From: Escherichia phage vB_EcoM_VR7
Sequence record: NC_014792.1
Length of the DNA: 64,000 bases
Strand: one strand, 5' to 3'
The stretch's first letter is position 1. Every line of letters begins with the position of its first letter. The translations under genes were made by a program, and so were the position numbers. The notes beneath the pieces are model-generated. The model searched no databases, was not told where the DNA came from, and saw nothing but the letters and a program-made list of their open reading frames with translations. Of this stretch, positions 8,783-19,582 are shown in pieces.

Positions 8783-10066
8783 ATGCAAAAGATTAACGCA
8801 CTAATTCACGAATCAACATTAACGGCGGCCAACCAGGTCGCCCGTCCTAATTTGCTTTCTTATACTCGGGCTACGAATAAACGAATTTTTAAAGCTCTTG
8901 TGGCCGAACAGAAAACTACTCAGCCAGTCGCAGCGCTGTATGGCGTTCGTGTTCTGAACCCAGATGATAAAATGACTTATCTTGGTGGAGCAACATTTGC
9001 AGGCCAGATTGGTATGTTCGAGCGTAAGAATATTCCAGAATTTACGAACAAAGACGAAGCTTATGCAGTCGGCGACATGTTCCAGTTTGAAAGCATTGTA
9101 TTCAAAGCTTTGGAAGCTTCTCCTTTTGCCGGGACCCTCGAAACTGATTTGGGTGAAGTTATTTCTGAAGCCATTGCGGCTGGCCATATAAGAATGATGT
9201 CAGATGCGGCTTTCACTGATAAATTTGAACAAGGACATCCTGAAATTGCTGAAGCCGGTTTCCGTATCGATAAATGGCAGACTGAAGTTAAATCTAGAAA
9301 ACTGAAAACCTCTTTAACTGTTGAGCTTGCGCAGGACCTGGAAGCAAATGGTTTCGATGCAACAGACTTCATTGATAATATCCTCGGTATTCAAATGGCA
9401 GAGGAAATTAATAAGGACGTACTGCAATCTTTAATTACCGTAAGTTCACGTTTTAAAGTCCAGGGTGTTTCCGAAAAAGGTGTACTTAATCTTACTGATG
9501 CCGCTTATGATAATGCTCAGGACCGTGCTCGAACTCTGTATTATTATATGTGCGAAATGAATTCCGCAGTTCAACGTCAGACTTCGTTCGCTGGTACATA
9601 TGCAGTCGCTTCTTCCCGTTGTGCAGCTATTTTAGCCGCTTCTGGCTGGGTTGAGAAAAAGGAAGACCAAGATGAATTGGCCTATGGTGTTCTGAAGAAC
9701 GGTTTGCCACTTTATGCAGATATGAATAGCCCGTGCGATTATGTTATTGTTGGTGTAAATGCTGATATGGGTGAAGGTCAGACGGTCGCATCTTTGTATT
9801 ATGCGCCTTATACGGAAGGTCTTAGTGAAGTTGATGATGAAGGTGACACCTCGGTTGGGGAATTCAAGGTTATTGTTGACCCTGAAAGTTTACAGCCTAC
9901 AGTTGCACTGTTAGCTCGTTATGCACTGACTGCGAACCCTTATACCGTTGCTAAAGACGATAAAGAAGCTCGCATTATTGATGGAGCTGATATGGATAAG
10001 ATGGCTAACCAAAGCCAATTGAGTTCTTATCTTGGTGTTAAACTTCCACCACTGGAAAAAGAATAA
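8783..10066 (+). CDS. Second gp24-like capsid vertex protein (tandem paralog)
   Basis: 427 aa; shares the same conserved blocks as gp24 but is diverged overall (~55% identity by eye); start 1 nt after gene 24 stop; terminator follows. Confidence 0.9.
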   Translation: MQKINALIHESTLTAANQVARPNLLSYTRATNKRIFKALVAEQKTTQPVAALYGVRVLNPDDKMTYLGGATFAGQIGMFERKNIPEFTNKDEAYAVGDMFQFESIVFKALEASPFAGTLETDLGEVISEAIAAGHIRMMSDAAFTDKFEQGHPEIAEAGFRIDKWQTEVKSRKLKTSLTVELAQDLEANGFDATDFIDNILGIQMAEEINKDVLQSLITVSSRFKVQGVSEKGVLNLTDAAYDNAQDRARTLYYYMCEMNSAVQRQTSFAGTYAVASSRCAAILAASGWVEKKEDQDELAYGVLKNGLPLYADMNSPCDYVIVGVNADMGEGQTVASLYYAPYTEGLSEVDDEGDTSVGEFKVIVDPESLQPTVALLARYALTANPYTVAKDDKEARIIDGADMDKMANQSQLSSYLGVKLPPLEKE

Positions 10067-10088
10067 GGGCCTTGCGGCCCTTTTTCTT
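10064..10088. terminator. Rho-independent terminator after the second gene 24 copy
   Basis: gggcc-ttgc-ggccc followed by TTTTTC. Confidence 0.8.
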
Positions 10089-11091
10089 ATGATACTAATT
10101 CAACCCATACTGGTCGCAATACTTCTTTGACCATTTCAATTAATTCTTTCTTAACTTCTGATGGGTTATCGGTTTGTTCTAGTGTAATTCCTTCACGAGC
10201 CGATTCTTCCAGAATATCCTGGACAGTCAAACCCATTACCTTACCAAAATCTTTAGTAGTTACTTTACCAATCTTACTGATAACGTTATTAACGCGATTT
10301 AATGTAACATAACAAGCCAGAATACTAAGCAAATTATTGTCGATTTCAGACAGTTCTACTTTAGCTTTAATAGGTTTATCAGACTTTTTCTTTTCACTGA
10401 ACTTAGAGTTCTTACATTTAATCGCTACGCGATTACCGTTTGGGGCCCATTTAGGATAACATGGCTTTAGAACATAACCTTCGGCGGTAAATGTCTCGCC
10501 TTTAGCTTCAGCTTTCCAAACATGGCTGTTGGCTTCAGTCAATCCGACATTATCAACCATGAAATTATAATCAGGAACAACTGAATCTAAGTCATTTGGC
10601 AATTGAATAAGGTCTTCAAATTTACCACGCCCTAATAACGGGGCAATTTTAAAACCGAATGATTTACAGAATGAATGCATCATGTAATCATCGACATAAG
10701 TCTCATCACCACTTTCGGTCGTAACGATAATATCGAACACATAAAAGTCTTTTGTGCCATAATCAACGCCTTTCTGGATTCCGCCGCCCGCAAACTCACC
10801 AAATACCTGATAAGATACGGCAGCCGCAGTTTCCATGATTTCTTGTACAGCTTTAATAGAATCAGCGTAATTCTTCAATACAATTTCATAACCATAAAAG
10901 TCTTCAGCTGGAAGAATGGGCCCGGTGCGCTTAGCGCACGTTACTGCATCACGTTCTATGATTAAACTAAAGTTGGTTCCATGAATCTTCTCACGTGCTA
11001 CCCATTCACCATCGGTCATACCATGGGTACGGAGTTTTTCAATGAACTTATTGTTGTAGTGGTTTTCAAGACTCGAATATTTCTTAAACAT
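10087..11091 (-). CDS. rnlB: RNA ligase 2 (Rnl2)
   Basis: N-terminus [13 protein letters not shown]...[15 protein letters not shown]...CAKRTGPIL matches T4 Rnl2 including the ligase KxHGxN motif; 334 aa. Confidence 0.93.
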   Translation of the reverse strand: MFKKYSSLENHYNNKFIEKLRTHGMTDGEWVAREKIHGTNFSLIIERDAVTCAKRTGPILPAEDFYGYEIVLKNYADSIKAVQEIMETAAAVSYQVFGEFAGGGIQKGVDYGTKDFYVFDIIVTTESGDETYVDDYMMHSFCKSFGFKIAPLLGRGKFEDLIQLPNDLDSVVPDYNFMVDNVGLTEANSHVWKAEAKGETFTAEGYVLKPCYPKWAPNGNRVAIKCKNSKFSEKKKSDKPIKAKVELSEIDNNLLSILACYVTLNRVNNVISKIGKVTTKDFGKVMGLTVQDILEESAREGITLEQTDNPSEVKKELIEMVKEVLRPVWVELVS

Positions 11092-11102
11092 AATTAATTA
11101 AC

Positions 11103-11114
11103 CTTATAAATATC
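11103..11114 (+). promoter_or_regulatory. Late-promoter motif (TATAAATA) on the plus strand, ~700 nt upstream of the collagen-like gene
   Basis: Exact TATAAATA; no exact late-promoter octamer lies closer to the collagen-like gene. Confidence 0.4.
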
Positions 11115-11181
11115 ATTATAAATTATACCCTCTATACTTTCTTTCTCTGAAAGGAATTAATCGTATCGGAAGGTCTAGAAC

Positions 11182-11210
11182 CATTATACCACAATTTTAT
11201 TTGAAGCAAA
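11182..11210 (-). promoter_or_regulatory. MotA-dependent middle promoter for rnlB
   Basis: Minus strand reads TGCTTCA (MotA box), 12 nt, TATAAT. Confidence 0.6.
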
Positions 11211-11214
11211 AAGG

Positions 11215-11478
11215 TCAGAATTTTACATACAATGTTGGCTTGTTTTCTTGCCAATTATAATTCCAGGTAAATGATGTAAATTTTTCTGCCCGCAGAAAAT
11301 CAGATATCTTTGCGCGATTTCCTTCTTCATACTCTTTTTCAGAAACTGCCATATTAACAGCATCTTTGCCATTCTCGGCAGCGGCAATAGCCACTTTGCG
11401 AAATATAACAATAAAGTCATTTGCAACTTTATCTTGTGATTCTTTAGCCATTTGGCGTAGTTCTTCTGCGAATGTCAT
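11215..11478 (-). CDS. Hypothetical protein (87 aa)
   Basis: Start overlaps the stop of the upstream 67-aa ORF (4-nt overlap); no recognisable motif. Confidence 0.4.
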   Translation of the reverse strand: MTFAEELRQMAKESQDKVANDFIVIFRKVAIAAAENGKDAVNMAVSEKEYEEGNRAKISDFLRAEKFTSFTWNYNWQENKPTLYVKF

Positions 11479-11678
11479 TTCTTCACCTTTTTGTTAAACA
11501 ACCGCTTGCGGTATACGATTTTCTCTCGTGACTTGAACTTTTCTTTAGCTTGTTCAACATCAACCCAGGCCTTTGCCATTTCTTTAGCGGTCCCGCCTAA
11601 TACCTTGGCGATTTCAATAAATGTCATACCAGTTTCATGCAGGAAATGTACTTTAACCTTATCCATAATGATTCCCAT
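11475..11678 (-). CDS. Small putative helix-turn-helix protein (67 aa)
   Basis: Segment MTFIEIAKVLGGTAKEMAKAWV resembles an HTH; basic C-terminus; first gene of a two-gene minus-strand module. Confidence 0.4.
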   Translation of the reverse strand: MGIIMDKVKVHFLHETGMTFIEIAKVLGGTAKEMAKAWVDVEQAKEKFKSREKIVYRKRLFNKKVKK

Positions 11679-11815
11679 GGTGAGTTAGGGAAGCTATCTT
11701 AACATGGAATTTTTAACTTGTAAACAGGAGTTTTATGCCAGATATTCTTGAACGTAAAGATTTACTTTACAACCGCCACTACCTTAATAAATATTAAATT
11801 AATAACGGAGGATTT

Positions 11816-13099
<1,284 letters not shown>

Positions 13100-13226
13100 T
13101 GCTACTGGGACTACACAACACGCCCACGAAGTAAAATATTTTATAATAGGACGCGACGGTTATACGGAAAATACTTCTGTTGGTGCTACTGTTACTATTG
13201 AAAAACTCTATAACTAAGGACTACAA

Positions 13227-14045
13227 ATGGCTATTACATTAAGTCCATCTTCAATAGACGTAGAATACGGTGACTCTTATACAGTCACTGCTAATATTCC
13301 AGATATTAGCCCTGGTTCATCTATTGTGTATAACTGGACTAAGAATAAAAAATTTATTAGTTCCGGAACTAATGTATTCACTGAAATAGCATCATCGGTA
13401 GAAACATTCAGTATTGCGTGCCGAATTGAAATTATATCACCGGATAAAAACACTGAATATATTTTATCGGATTCTTGCTTGGTTAATGTTAGTAAAAACA
13501 CAAAAGCGGACGGTATAAATTCTCAGCTAGTTTATTCACCAGATGTTCATAAAATAGGTGACCAAGTTATTCTTTCTGTAGAATCCCATCATGTAGACCC
13601 TGGCTATATTAAAGGAGTTATTTGGAAAGATCCATCGGGTAATGTCGTGTCAATTGGTAAAGAATATACGCATAAGATTAAGACGACAGAAGATGTTGTA
13701 GATGTAAAAATAGATTTGGCTTCTGAAAATTATGCCTATTACAATAAAACACTTCAAATTGTTCTTAAAGCTGTTGAAGAAGATAATTCGGAGTGTAGTG
13801 TAAGATATATTCATCCTTTAGACCACAGGGATTCAGGATACATCTGGATGGGTTGGTGGGTTATGGACGAAATTGAAAGGGCGACGGTAGAAGGATTAAA
13901 TTGGAAAGCGCCGGACGGTACTGACCTGAAGTATAAGTGTGACTTGAAAACTCTTTCTATAATGCTTGACTTATATAATAATGTTGAAGTACAAGAATCA
14001 AGGAATGGTTATATTCTAAACAGGGCAGATTTACTTCCAAAATAA
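13227..14045 (+). CDS. Hoc-like protein paralog (Ig-like domains plus Hoc-type C-terminal capsid-binding domain)
   Basis: C-terminus (YIHPLDHRDSGYIWMGWWVMDEIERA...YNNVEVQESRNGYILNRADL) parallels the C-terminus of the canonical Hoc here and in T4 (YVHPLP..SAYIWCGWWVMDEIQK...YPEVDVQESRNGYIIH). Confidence 0.8.
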   Translation: MAITLSPSSIDVEYGDSYTVTANIPDISPGSSIVYNWTKNKKFISSGTNVFTEIASSVETFSIACRIEIISPDKNTEYILSDSCLVNVSKNTKADGINSQLVYSPDVHKIGDQVILSVESHHVDPGYIKGVIWKDPSGNVVSIGKEYTHKIKTTEDVVDVKIDLASENYAYYNKTLQIVLKAVEEDNSECSVRYIHPLDHRDSGYIWMGWWVMDEIERATVEGLNWKAPDGTDLKYKCDLKTLSIMLDLYNNVEVQESRNGYILNRADLLPK

Positions 14046-14068
14046 AAAAGGGCCGCAAGGCCCTTTAT
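14043..14068. terminator. Bidirectional terminator between the Hoc-like paralog and hoc
   Basis: gggcc-gcaa-ggccc with an A-run on one side and a T-run on the other, between convergent genes. Confidence 0.8.
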
Positions 14069-14070
14069 CA

Positions 14071-15174
14071 TTAATAGACGTAATCGTATATAATACCAGC
14101 TTCCAATGCCGAACGGTGGACGATACGACCGTTACGAGATTCCTGTACATCAACTTCCGGGTAATCACTAAGCATTTTGGCTAATACCGCCAGATGACAA
14201 TAATATGGTGTATCCTCTTTAGTGGCTTTTTTCCAATCTGTACTTTCAGATGTTAATTTCTGAATAGCGTCCATAACCCACCAGCCACACCAAATATACG
14301 CAGTATTACGGACAGGAAGTGGATGTACATAAATTAAAGGGCATTCTTCTGGAATAACAGGCTCTGCTTCTTCCACCGTAACAGACTTATTACCTGATTT
14401 AACTGAATTTGTAAAGCCTGTTTGCGATGCGGTAACTTCACAAGTATATGACTTCAAGCCTTCAGTGGATTCCGTTATTGCTCTTGTTGCTTCTGTTGAG
14501 TTGTCGTCCCATTTATATGCAAGAGTAGCACCAGGGATAGCAGGAGACACAGAAGCTGTCAAATTGAATGGAACATCAACCGTCGCAGTAGACGGGCCTG
14601 AAATCTCAACAGTGAACTCAGGAAATGTATTGTTTTCGACCGTAACAACTACTGCCTCAGGATTAATAACTTGATTGTCATAATCTGCAGCAGAAACGGT
14701 AATTTGACAAGTTAAAGAAACTGGTCCTGCGACAGTAGCAGTACGAGTAATATCTTTAGTAATTTCACCGGTAGACCACAAATATGCTATTGTAGCTCCA
14801 CCAGGTTCACCTGTTACGTCGGCCGAAGCGTTATATTCCTCGCCAACTTTAACGGTTGGAGTGGAAGTTGTTAATGTTGCAGTTGCAGACATAGTCTTGT
14901 TATTAACTGTAATAGTTGTTTGAGCCTCTGCCGTTTCAGGCTCTCCTTCTTCCGGCGTTGTGGTGGCAACAACTTTAATTACTTTTGAACCTGCTGGGCC
15001 AGCTGCAATATAATCCATAGTAGCAATAACAGAAGCTTGTGGAACATCATCAACGGTCCATACAAAAGATTCGGTACCAGCGACAGCGGCTCCAGCTCCA
15101 GTGGCAGTAAAATTAGTTGTTGCACCTATAACCGCTGTAGGTGTTAAAGGGGCAATTGATACAGTATAAGCCAT
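14071..15174 (-). CDS. hoc: Hoc, highly immunogenic outer capsid protein
   Basis: Ig-like repeats plus C-terminal capsid-binding domain near-identical to T4 Hoc; start moved to internal ATG (MAYTVSIAP..., GGAG SD). Confidence 0.9.
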   Translation of the reverse strand: MAYTVSIAPLTPTAVIGATTNFTATGAGAAVAGTESFVWTVDDVPQASVIATMDYIAAGPAGSKVIKVVATTTPEEGEPETAEAQTTITVNNKTMSATATLTTSTPTVKVGEEYNASADVTGEPGGATIAYLWSTGEITKDITRTATVAGPVSLTCQITVSAADYDNQVINPEAVVVTVENNTFPEFTVEISGPSTATVDVPFNLTASVSPAIPGATLAYKWDDNSTEATRAITESTEGLKSYTCEVTASQTGFTNSVKSGNKSVTVEEAEPVIPEECPLIYVHPLPVRNTAYIWCGWWVMDAIQKLTSESTDWKKATKEDTPYYCHLAVLAKMLSDYPEVDVQESRNGRIVHRSALEAGIIYDYVY

Positions 15175-15201
15175 AAAAATCTCCAAAAGGCCATAGTGGC
15201 C

Positions 15202-15882
15202 TTAGTTTAAACGAATAAAAGATGAGTTACGTGTTTCACGAATAAGAATGGAACCGTCACGATTGATATAGTAAATCAAACTAAACAATGTTTGGTGTGC
15301 GCTTGCATGAGTAAAAGAAGTAGGGCGTTCTTTCCAGTCCGGGGTCTCTTTAATCCACTGGTAAATCCACCAAGGGAGAGTACAATATCCAGGAGCTTTG
15401 CCCAGCATAAGCAGATTGGGGCTAAAATTTTTAGGCAGTGTAAATTTAGGAGTTTCAGCTTCGATGATTTGAGCGACAGCTTCTTCAAAGTCTTCGGAAA
15501 CAAACGGCACTTCAATTTCAACGAGTTTAACTTCTGATTCAGGAACAACTGCCTGGGTAACTTCGACTACTTCAACGGGTGCTTCTGGAGCATCAAACAA
15601 AAGAACAGCTTCAGGTTTAGCTGATTCTTCACCTTCAAACTTACTACCTGATAATTCATCATCAGCATTAATAAGGTCGGTGATGCTTAAGCCTTCGTTA
15701 TCGTCCGGCATAGGCATGTCAGCAAATGCTTTAAGTCCTGCTTCCAGGTCAATCAACATATTATTGAAAGTTTTTGTTTTCTTAACATCAACACCAAGCG
15801 ATGATGCATATTCAGCTAATTTTTCTTTGGCTTCTTTTTTCTCGAGGACACGAATTTCCTCAATATAGTTCTTATCAATCAT
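15202..15882 (-). CDS. inh: Inh-like protein (inhibitor of prohead protease)
   Basis: 226 aa, same size and position (between hoc and uvsW) as T4 inh; sequence not independently recalled. Confidence 0.6.
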   Translation of the reverse strand: MIDKNYIEEIRVLEKKEAKEKLAEYASSLGVDVKKTKTFNNMLIDLEAGLKAFADMPMPDDNEGLSITDLINADDELSGSKFEGEESAKPEAVLLFDAPEAPVEVVEVTQAVVPESEVKLVEIEVPFVSEDFEEAVAQIIEAETPKFTLPKNFSPNLLMLGKAPGYCTLPWWIYQWIKETPDWKERPTSFTHASAHQTLFSLIYYINRDGSILIRETRNSSFIRLN

Positions 15883-15897
15883 AATGAACCTCGGTTA

Positions 15898-15910
15898 TTG
15901 TATAAATATA
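15898..15910 (+). promoter_or_regulatory. Late promoter for uvsW
   Basis: Exact TATAAATA ~30 nt upstream of the uvsW ATG. Confidence 0.65.
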
Positions 15911-15936
15911 GATATATTTATTACCTTGGAATCATC

Positions 15937-17436
15937 ATGGATATCAAAATCAACTTTTTAAATTTTAGTCATGTACATGTTGAATGTGAAGATAGTATCT
16001 TCTATGAACTCCGTGACTATTTCAGTTTTGAAGCCGAAAACTATCGGTTTAACCCTAAATTCAAAGCGGGAGTTTGGGACGGACGTATCCGTCTCCTGGA
16101 TTATAACCGTAAATTACCATACGGCTTAGTTAACCAGATTAAAAAATTCGCTGACCAGTTTGGTTATTCATTTTGGATTGACCCTCAAATCACCGAGAAA
16201 GAGGAAATCTCTCGTGCGGATTTCGATAAATGGGTCGAGTCAAAAGAAATCTATTCAGGCCATACCAAGATTACTCCCCATTGGTACCAAACAGACGCCG
16301 TATACGACGGTCTGGTCAACAGAAGAAAGATATTGAACTTACCTACGTCTGCAGGTAAAAGCCTCATCCAGGCGCTTCTGGCGCGATATTATCTCGAGAA
16401 CTATGAAGGCAAGGTTCTTATCCTTGTACCTACAACCGCGCTTGTTGACCAGATGATTAACGATTTCGTCGATTACAGATTGTTCCCTCGAGAAGCTTGT
16501 CTCGGTATCCGTTCCGGAACTAAACGTGATTCAGATGCAATGATTTATGTGTCTACTTATCAGACGGCAGTAAAACAACCTAAAGAATGGTTTTCACAGT
16601 TCGGTCAGTTTATGAATGATGAATGCCATATGGCTACTGGTAAATCCATTTCGACTGTTATCGAAGGCCTGACTAATTGTATGTTTAAATTTGGTCTCTC
16701 TGGTTCTCTCCGTGACGGCAAAGCAAACCTTATGCAATATATGGGTCTGTTTGGTGATATCTTTAAACCAGTATCCACATCCCAATTAATGGATGAAGGC
16801 CAAGTTACTGACCTTAAGATAAATAGTATTTTCCTTCGTTACCCTGATGAATTCACCGTTAAAATGAAAGGCAAATCTTATCAAGATGAAATCAAGGTAA
16901 TTACAAAAGCTACACGTAGAAATAAATGGGTAACAAACCTCGCACTCAAGCTTGCTAAAAAAGATGAAAACGTCTTTTTGATGTTTAAGAATATCGAGCA
17001 TGGTAAATCGATGTTTGAAATGCTTAAGGAAGCAGGTCATGAGAACGTGTATTATGTTTCTGGGGAAGTTGATACAGAAACACGTAACGCATTAAAGGTC
17101 ATGGCAGAGAATGGAAAGGGAATTATCGTTGTAGCTTCATATGGTGTATTCTCGACGGGGATTTCCGTTAAAAACCTCCATCATATTATTTTCGCTCACC
17201 CGGTCAAGTCAAAGGTAATTGTACTCCAGACAATTGGTCGTGTACTTCGAAAACATGAATCCAAATCGCAAGCAAACGTTTTTGATATCGTGGATGATAT
17301 GGGTGTTAAACCTAAATCGGCAAATGCTAAAAAGAAATATGTTCATTTGAACTTCGCCCTAAAACATGGCCTTGAACGTATACAACGATATGCTGATGAA
17401 CGTTTTAACTATGTAATTAAACAGGTGGAAATATAA
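15937..17436 (+). CDS. uvsW: UvsW DNA/RNA helicase
   Basis: Matches T4 UvsW from MDIK...; helicase motifs (LNLPTSAGKS, DECH); ORF-track start 15898 is a TTG extension overlapping the promoter. Confidence 0.95.
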   Translation: MDIKINFLNFSHVHVECEDSIFYELRDYFSFEAENYRFNPKFKAGVWDGRIRLLDYNRKLPYGLVNQIKKFADQFGYSFWIDPQITEKEEISRADFDKWVESKEIYSGHTKITPHWYQTDAVYDGLVNRRKILNLPTSAGKSLIQALLARYYLENYEGKVLILVPTTALVDQMINDFVDYRLFPREACLGIRSGTKRDSDAMIYVSTYQTAVKQPKEWFSQFGQFMNDECHMATGKSISTVIEGLTNCMFKFGLSGSLRDGKANLMQYMGLFGDIFKPVSTSQLMDEGQVTDLKINSIFLRYPDEFTVKMKGKSYQDEIKVITKATRRNKWVTNLALKLAKKDENVFLMFKNIEHGKSMFEMLKEAGHENVYYVSGEVDTETRNALKVMAENGKGIIVVASYGVFSTGISVKNLHHIIFAHPVKSKVIVLQTIGRVLRKHESKSQANVFDIVDDMGVKPKSANAKKKYVHLNFALKHGLERIQRYADERFNYVIKQVEI

Positions 17437-17663
17437 TGAAGTCATTTGAAGAAATTATGTATGAAGCGGCAATTGAAAGCTTCATGTCTAAGATAGGTTC
17501 TTGTCAGACCATGGACGGTCTGAAGGAGCTGGAAGGTTATTATAAAAAGCGCAGCAAAGAAGCTGAATTGAAAGATTCCGATGATATCAGTGTTCGCGAT
17601 GCTCTAGCAGGTAAACGTGCCGAGCTTGAGGATATGGACGACGAAGAAGACGAAGATTTCTAA
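17436..17663 (+). CDS. uvsW.1: UvsW.1
   Basis: 75 aa with acidic tail directly after uvsW, as in T4. Confidence 0.8.
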   Translation: MKSFEEIMYEAAIESFMSKIGSCQTMDGLKELEGYYKKRSKEAELKDSDDISVRDALAGKRAELEDMDDEEDEDF

Positions 17664-17720
17664 ATAAAAAGGCCCCAACCAAAAAGGAAGGGGCAAAACC
17701 AAAATGGTTAACAACACTAG

Positions 17721-17888
17721 CTAAATTAAAAGTTGGGTCTCGTTCAGTTGCTCTTGAGTATTTTCCGTAACTGGCAAACTCTGAACATAATTATAACAGG
17801 CGCCCGGATGCACCGGACCTTGGTCTGTATCCACAACCAATGCAGAATCGATTGGAGTTTTACAGACAACACAAATCTTATCTGACAT
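17721..17888 (-). CDS. Small Cys-containing protein (55 aa), possible uvsY.-2 equivalent
   Basis: Manually translated, below ORF-track cutoff: MSDKICVVCKTPIDSALVVDTDQGPVHPGACYNYVQSLPVTENTQEQLNETQLLI; GAGGAG SD; downstream of uvsY on the same strand. Confidence 0.4.
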   Translation of the reverse strand: MSDKICVVCKTPIDSALVVDTDQGPVHPGACYNYVQSLPVTENTQEQLNETQLLI

Positions 17889-18021
17889 GATTGTCTCCTC
17901 AGTTAAACTTACATATCTATTTAGTGCTTCTTTAATGCGGCATTAATAAACTGTTGAAATTCACGCATCTTCTCTTCAGAAGGTTTTAATGGTTTTCTAA
18001 TATTTGCTTTACGACAACCCA

Positions 18022-18456
18022 TCATTTACCTGCCTCAAATTGTCTTATTTCTAACATATGTTTAAGTGCGAAACTTCGTGACTTAACACCATCTAATGCA
18101 GCGCTACAGAAGTCCTGGAGCAGTGCCCAATATTGAATTGAAGTATCAATCTTAAGCACGCTTGAATCTGCAGCCATGACTGTTTTCAATTCTGACTTCT
18201 CGTACACATCCATGCATACTTCTTCCCCTGGGTCACCCCTTCCTGTATAATGGTCTAGTCGTTTTTTCAGTGCAGTCTTCTTCTGAATCTCAAGACGCAT
18301 TATTTCTTTCTTGCAGTTAGTATACAATCTCAACCATTTGCTATGCAACAAAACGTTGTTTTGTGTTTCATATTGAATTTGTGTACCATCAATTTTTAAA
18401 TCTGCATCCAACTCATCCTGAAATACTTCCAACTTATATTCAATCTCTGTTTTCAT
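18022..18456 (-). CDS. uvsY: UvsY recombination mediator
   Basis: Strong similarity to T4 UvsY (YSKWL, KKEMLRIE.QKK.ALK.RLD.Y.GRGD, KSE.KTV..AD..VLK.DTS.QYW); start at internal ATG; MotA-type middle promoter upstream. Confidence 0.93.
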   Translation of the reverse strand: MKTEIEYKLEVFQDELDADLKIDGTQIQYETQNNVLLHSKWLRLYTNCKKEIMRLEIQKKTALKKRLDHYTGRGDPGEEVCMDVYEKSELKTVMAADSSVLKIDTSIQYWALLQDFCSAALDGVKSRSFALKHMLEIRQFEAGK

Positions 18457-18482
18457 AATGTATCCAATGTAAGGGTCTAGAA

Positions 18483-18511
18483 CCATTATACAGCCATAAA
18501 ATTAAAGCATT
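18483..18511 (-). promoter_or_regulatory. MotA-dependent middle promoter for uvsY
   Basis: Minus strand reads TGCTTTA, 12 nt, TATAAT. Confidence 0.65.
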
Positions 18512-18899
18512 AACCGTTTTGACTTAACTGAATCCTGATTTGTTCGAGGGTGTCAGGGTCATCAACAATGCTGAACTGAACCGTTACGATGATGGAGTTA
18601 TCATCATACATAGGGACAACCGCAACCTGTAGATTGCTTATCCTTGGTTCGAAGTTCCGCACCGCGGAGACGATGTTGCGTTTAATAGTATCTGTGATTA
18701 ATGGAGTGATATTCTCAAAAAGCTGATTACTTATATCACATCCAAATTCAGGCATAAAAGGCCTTGACCCTTTTCTTGTGGTGATTATTCCCAGAAGACT
18801 GTTCTTAACAGACCTTGCACCAGTTACTTTAGCAACGTCTTTATCCCAACTCATTGACAAGTCGGGAGGCACATCGCTATACATTTTGTTTATATTCAT
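18510..18899 (-). CDS. 25: Baseplate wedge subunit gp25
   Basis: NINK.YSD...KNSLLGIITTRKGSRPF.PEFGCD.S.QLFEN.TPL..DT..RNI.SAVRN.EPRI, near-identical to T4 gp25. Confidence 0.93.
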   Translation of the reverse strand: MNINKMYSDVPPDLSMSWDKDVAKVTGARSVKNSLLGIITTRKGSRPFMPEFGCDISNQLFENITPLITDTIKRNIVSAVRNFEPRISNLQVAVVPMYDDNSIIVTVQFSIVDDPDTLEQIRIQLSQNG

Positions 18900-19529
18900 T
18901 TACATAAACTTAAACTTAAAGAATTCTTTAAGCCCCTTAATTACATGGACAGAATGCGCTCCACACTCACAAGAGATAGGAATAGCCATTTGGACCTGTG
19001 GCTTGAGAAGTTCTTCCGTTAGTGCATTGATATCATCGAGGGTAATTGCATTGTACAGGTCCTCGATTTCGGCCTCATTTAAGTCATCAACAACGATGCG
19101 CTCGCCGCCTTCGGTGATAATATATTCAATGCAACAAGCAATCATTTTTCCTTTATCACCGTCTTCAAACAGTCCAGGATAACGGAATTTGATTTTAAAC
19201 GACCCAAAATCACGAATAACTTCAGACTCGTCCACGATGCTCGCACGGCTAATCGTTACCGGAATATCTTGTTCCTTTCCACACTCACATACCCATGTAT
19301 GCTCGACGTTGACAGCTCCGAGACTATTTGCCCAGAGATTAATAAGAAGCAGCTCGGCTTCCTGTTTGTTTAACCCTTTAGCATCAGTGCATTTATTAAG
19401 CAGTTCAATTATTGCAGGTTCCATACGCTTTTCTAATTTTGCCTGAAGCAAATCTTTATATTCGCGCAAGGTAAAAGCCCTACAATTTATAGTTTTATTT
19501 TTAATTTGGACAATAAATTCATAAGTCAT
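18900..19529 (-). CDS. 26: Baseplate hub subunit gp26
   Basis: Position and size (209 aa from MTYEF...); GGAG SD; a minus-strand TATAAATA lies ~18 nt upstream of this start, so the longer ORF-track start at 19562 is unlikely. Confidence 0.75.
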   Translation of the reverse strand: MTYEFIVQIKNKTINCRAFTLREYKDLLQAKLEKRMEPAIIELLNKCTDAKGLNKQEAELLLINLWANSLGAVNVEHTWVCECGKEQDIPVTISRASIVDESEVIRDFGSFKIKFRYPGLFEDGDKGKMIACCIEYIITEGGERIVVDDLNEAEIEDLYNAITLDDINALTEELLKPQVQMAIPISCECGAHSVHVIKGLKEFFKFKFM

Positions 19530-19543
19530 AATTTGCTCCTTTA

Positions 19544-19560
19544 CTGTATTTATAAATATC
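19544..19560. promoter_or_regulatory. Overlapping divergent late promoters for genes 26 (minus) and 51 (plus)
   Basis: Sequence TATTTATAAATA holds TATAAATA on both strands, offset by 4 nt. Confidence 0.65.
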
Positions 19561-19582
19561 AATAAAGATAAAAGGGGATTCT

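Noticed and set aside
15898-15936. Longer uvsW start (MYKYRYIYYLGII...)
   Set aside because: TTG-initiated extension that reads through the TATAAATA promoter; T4 UvsW starts at MDIK
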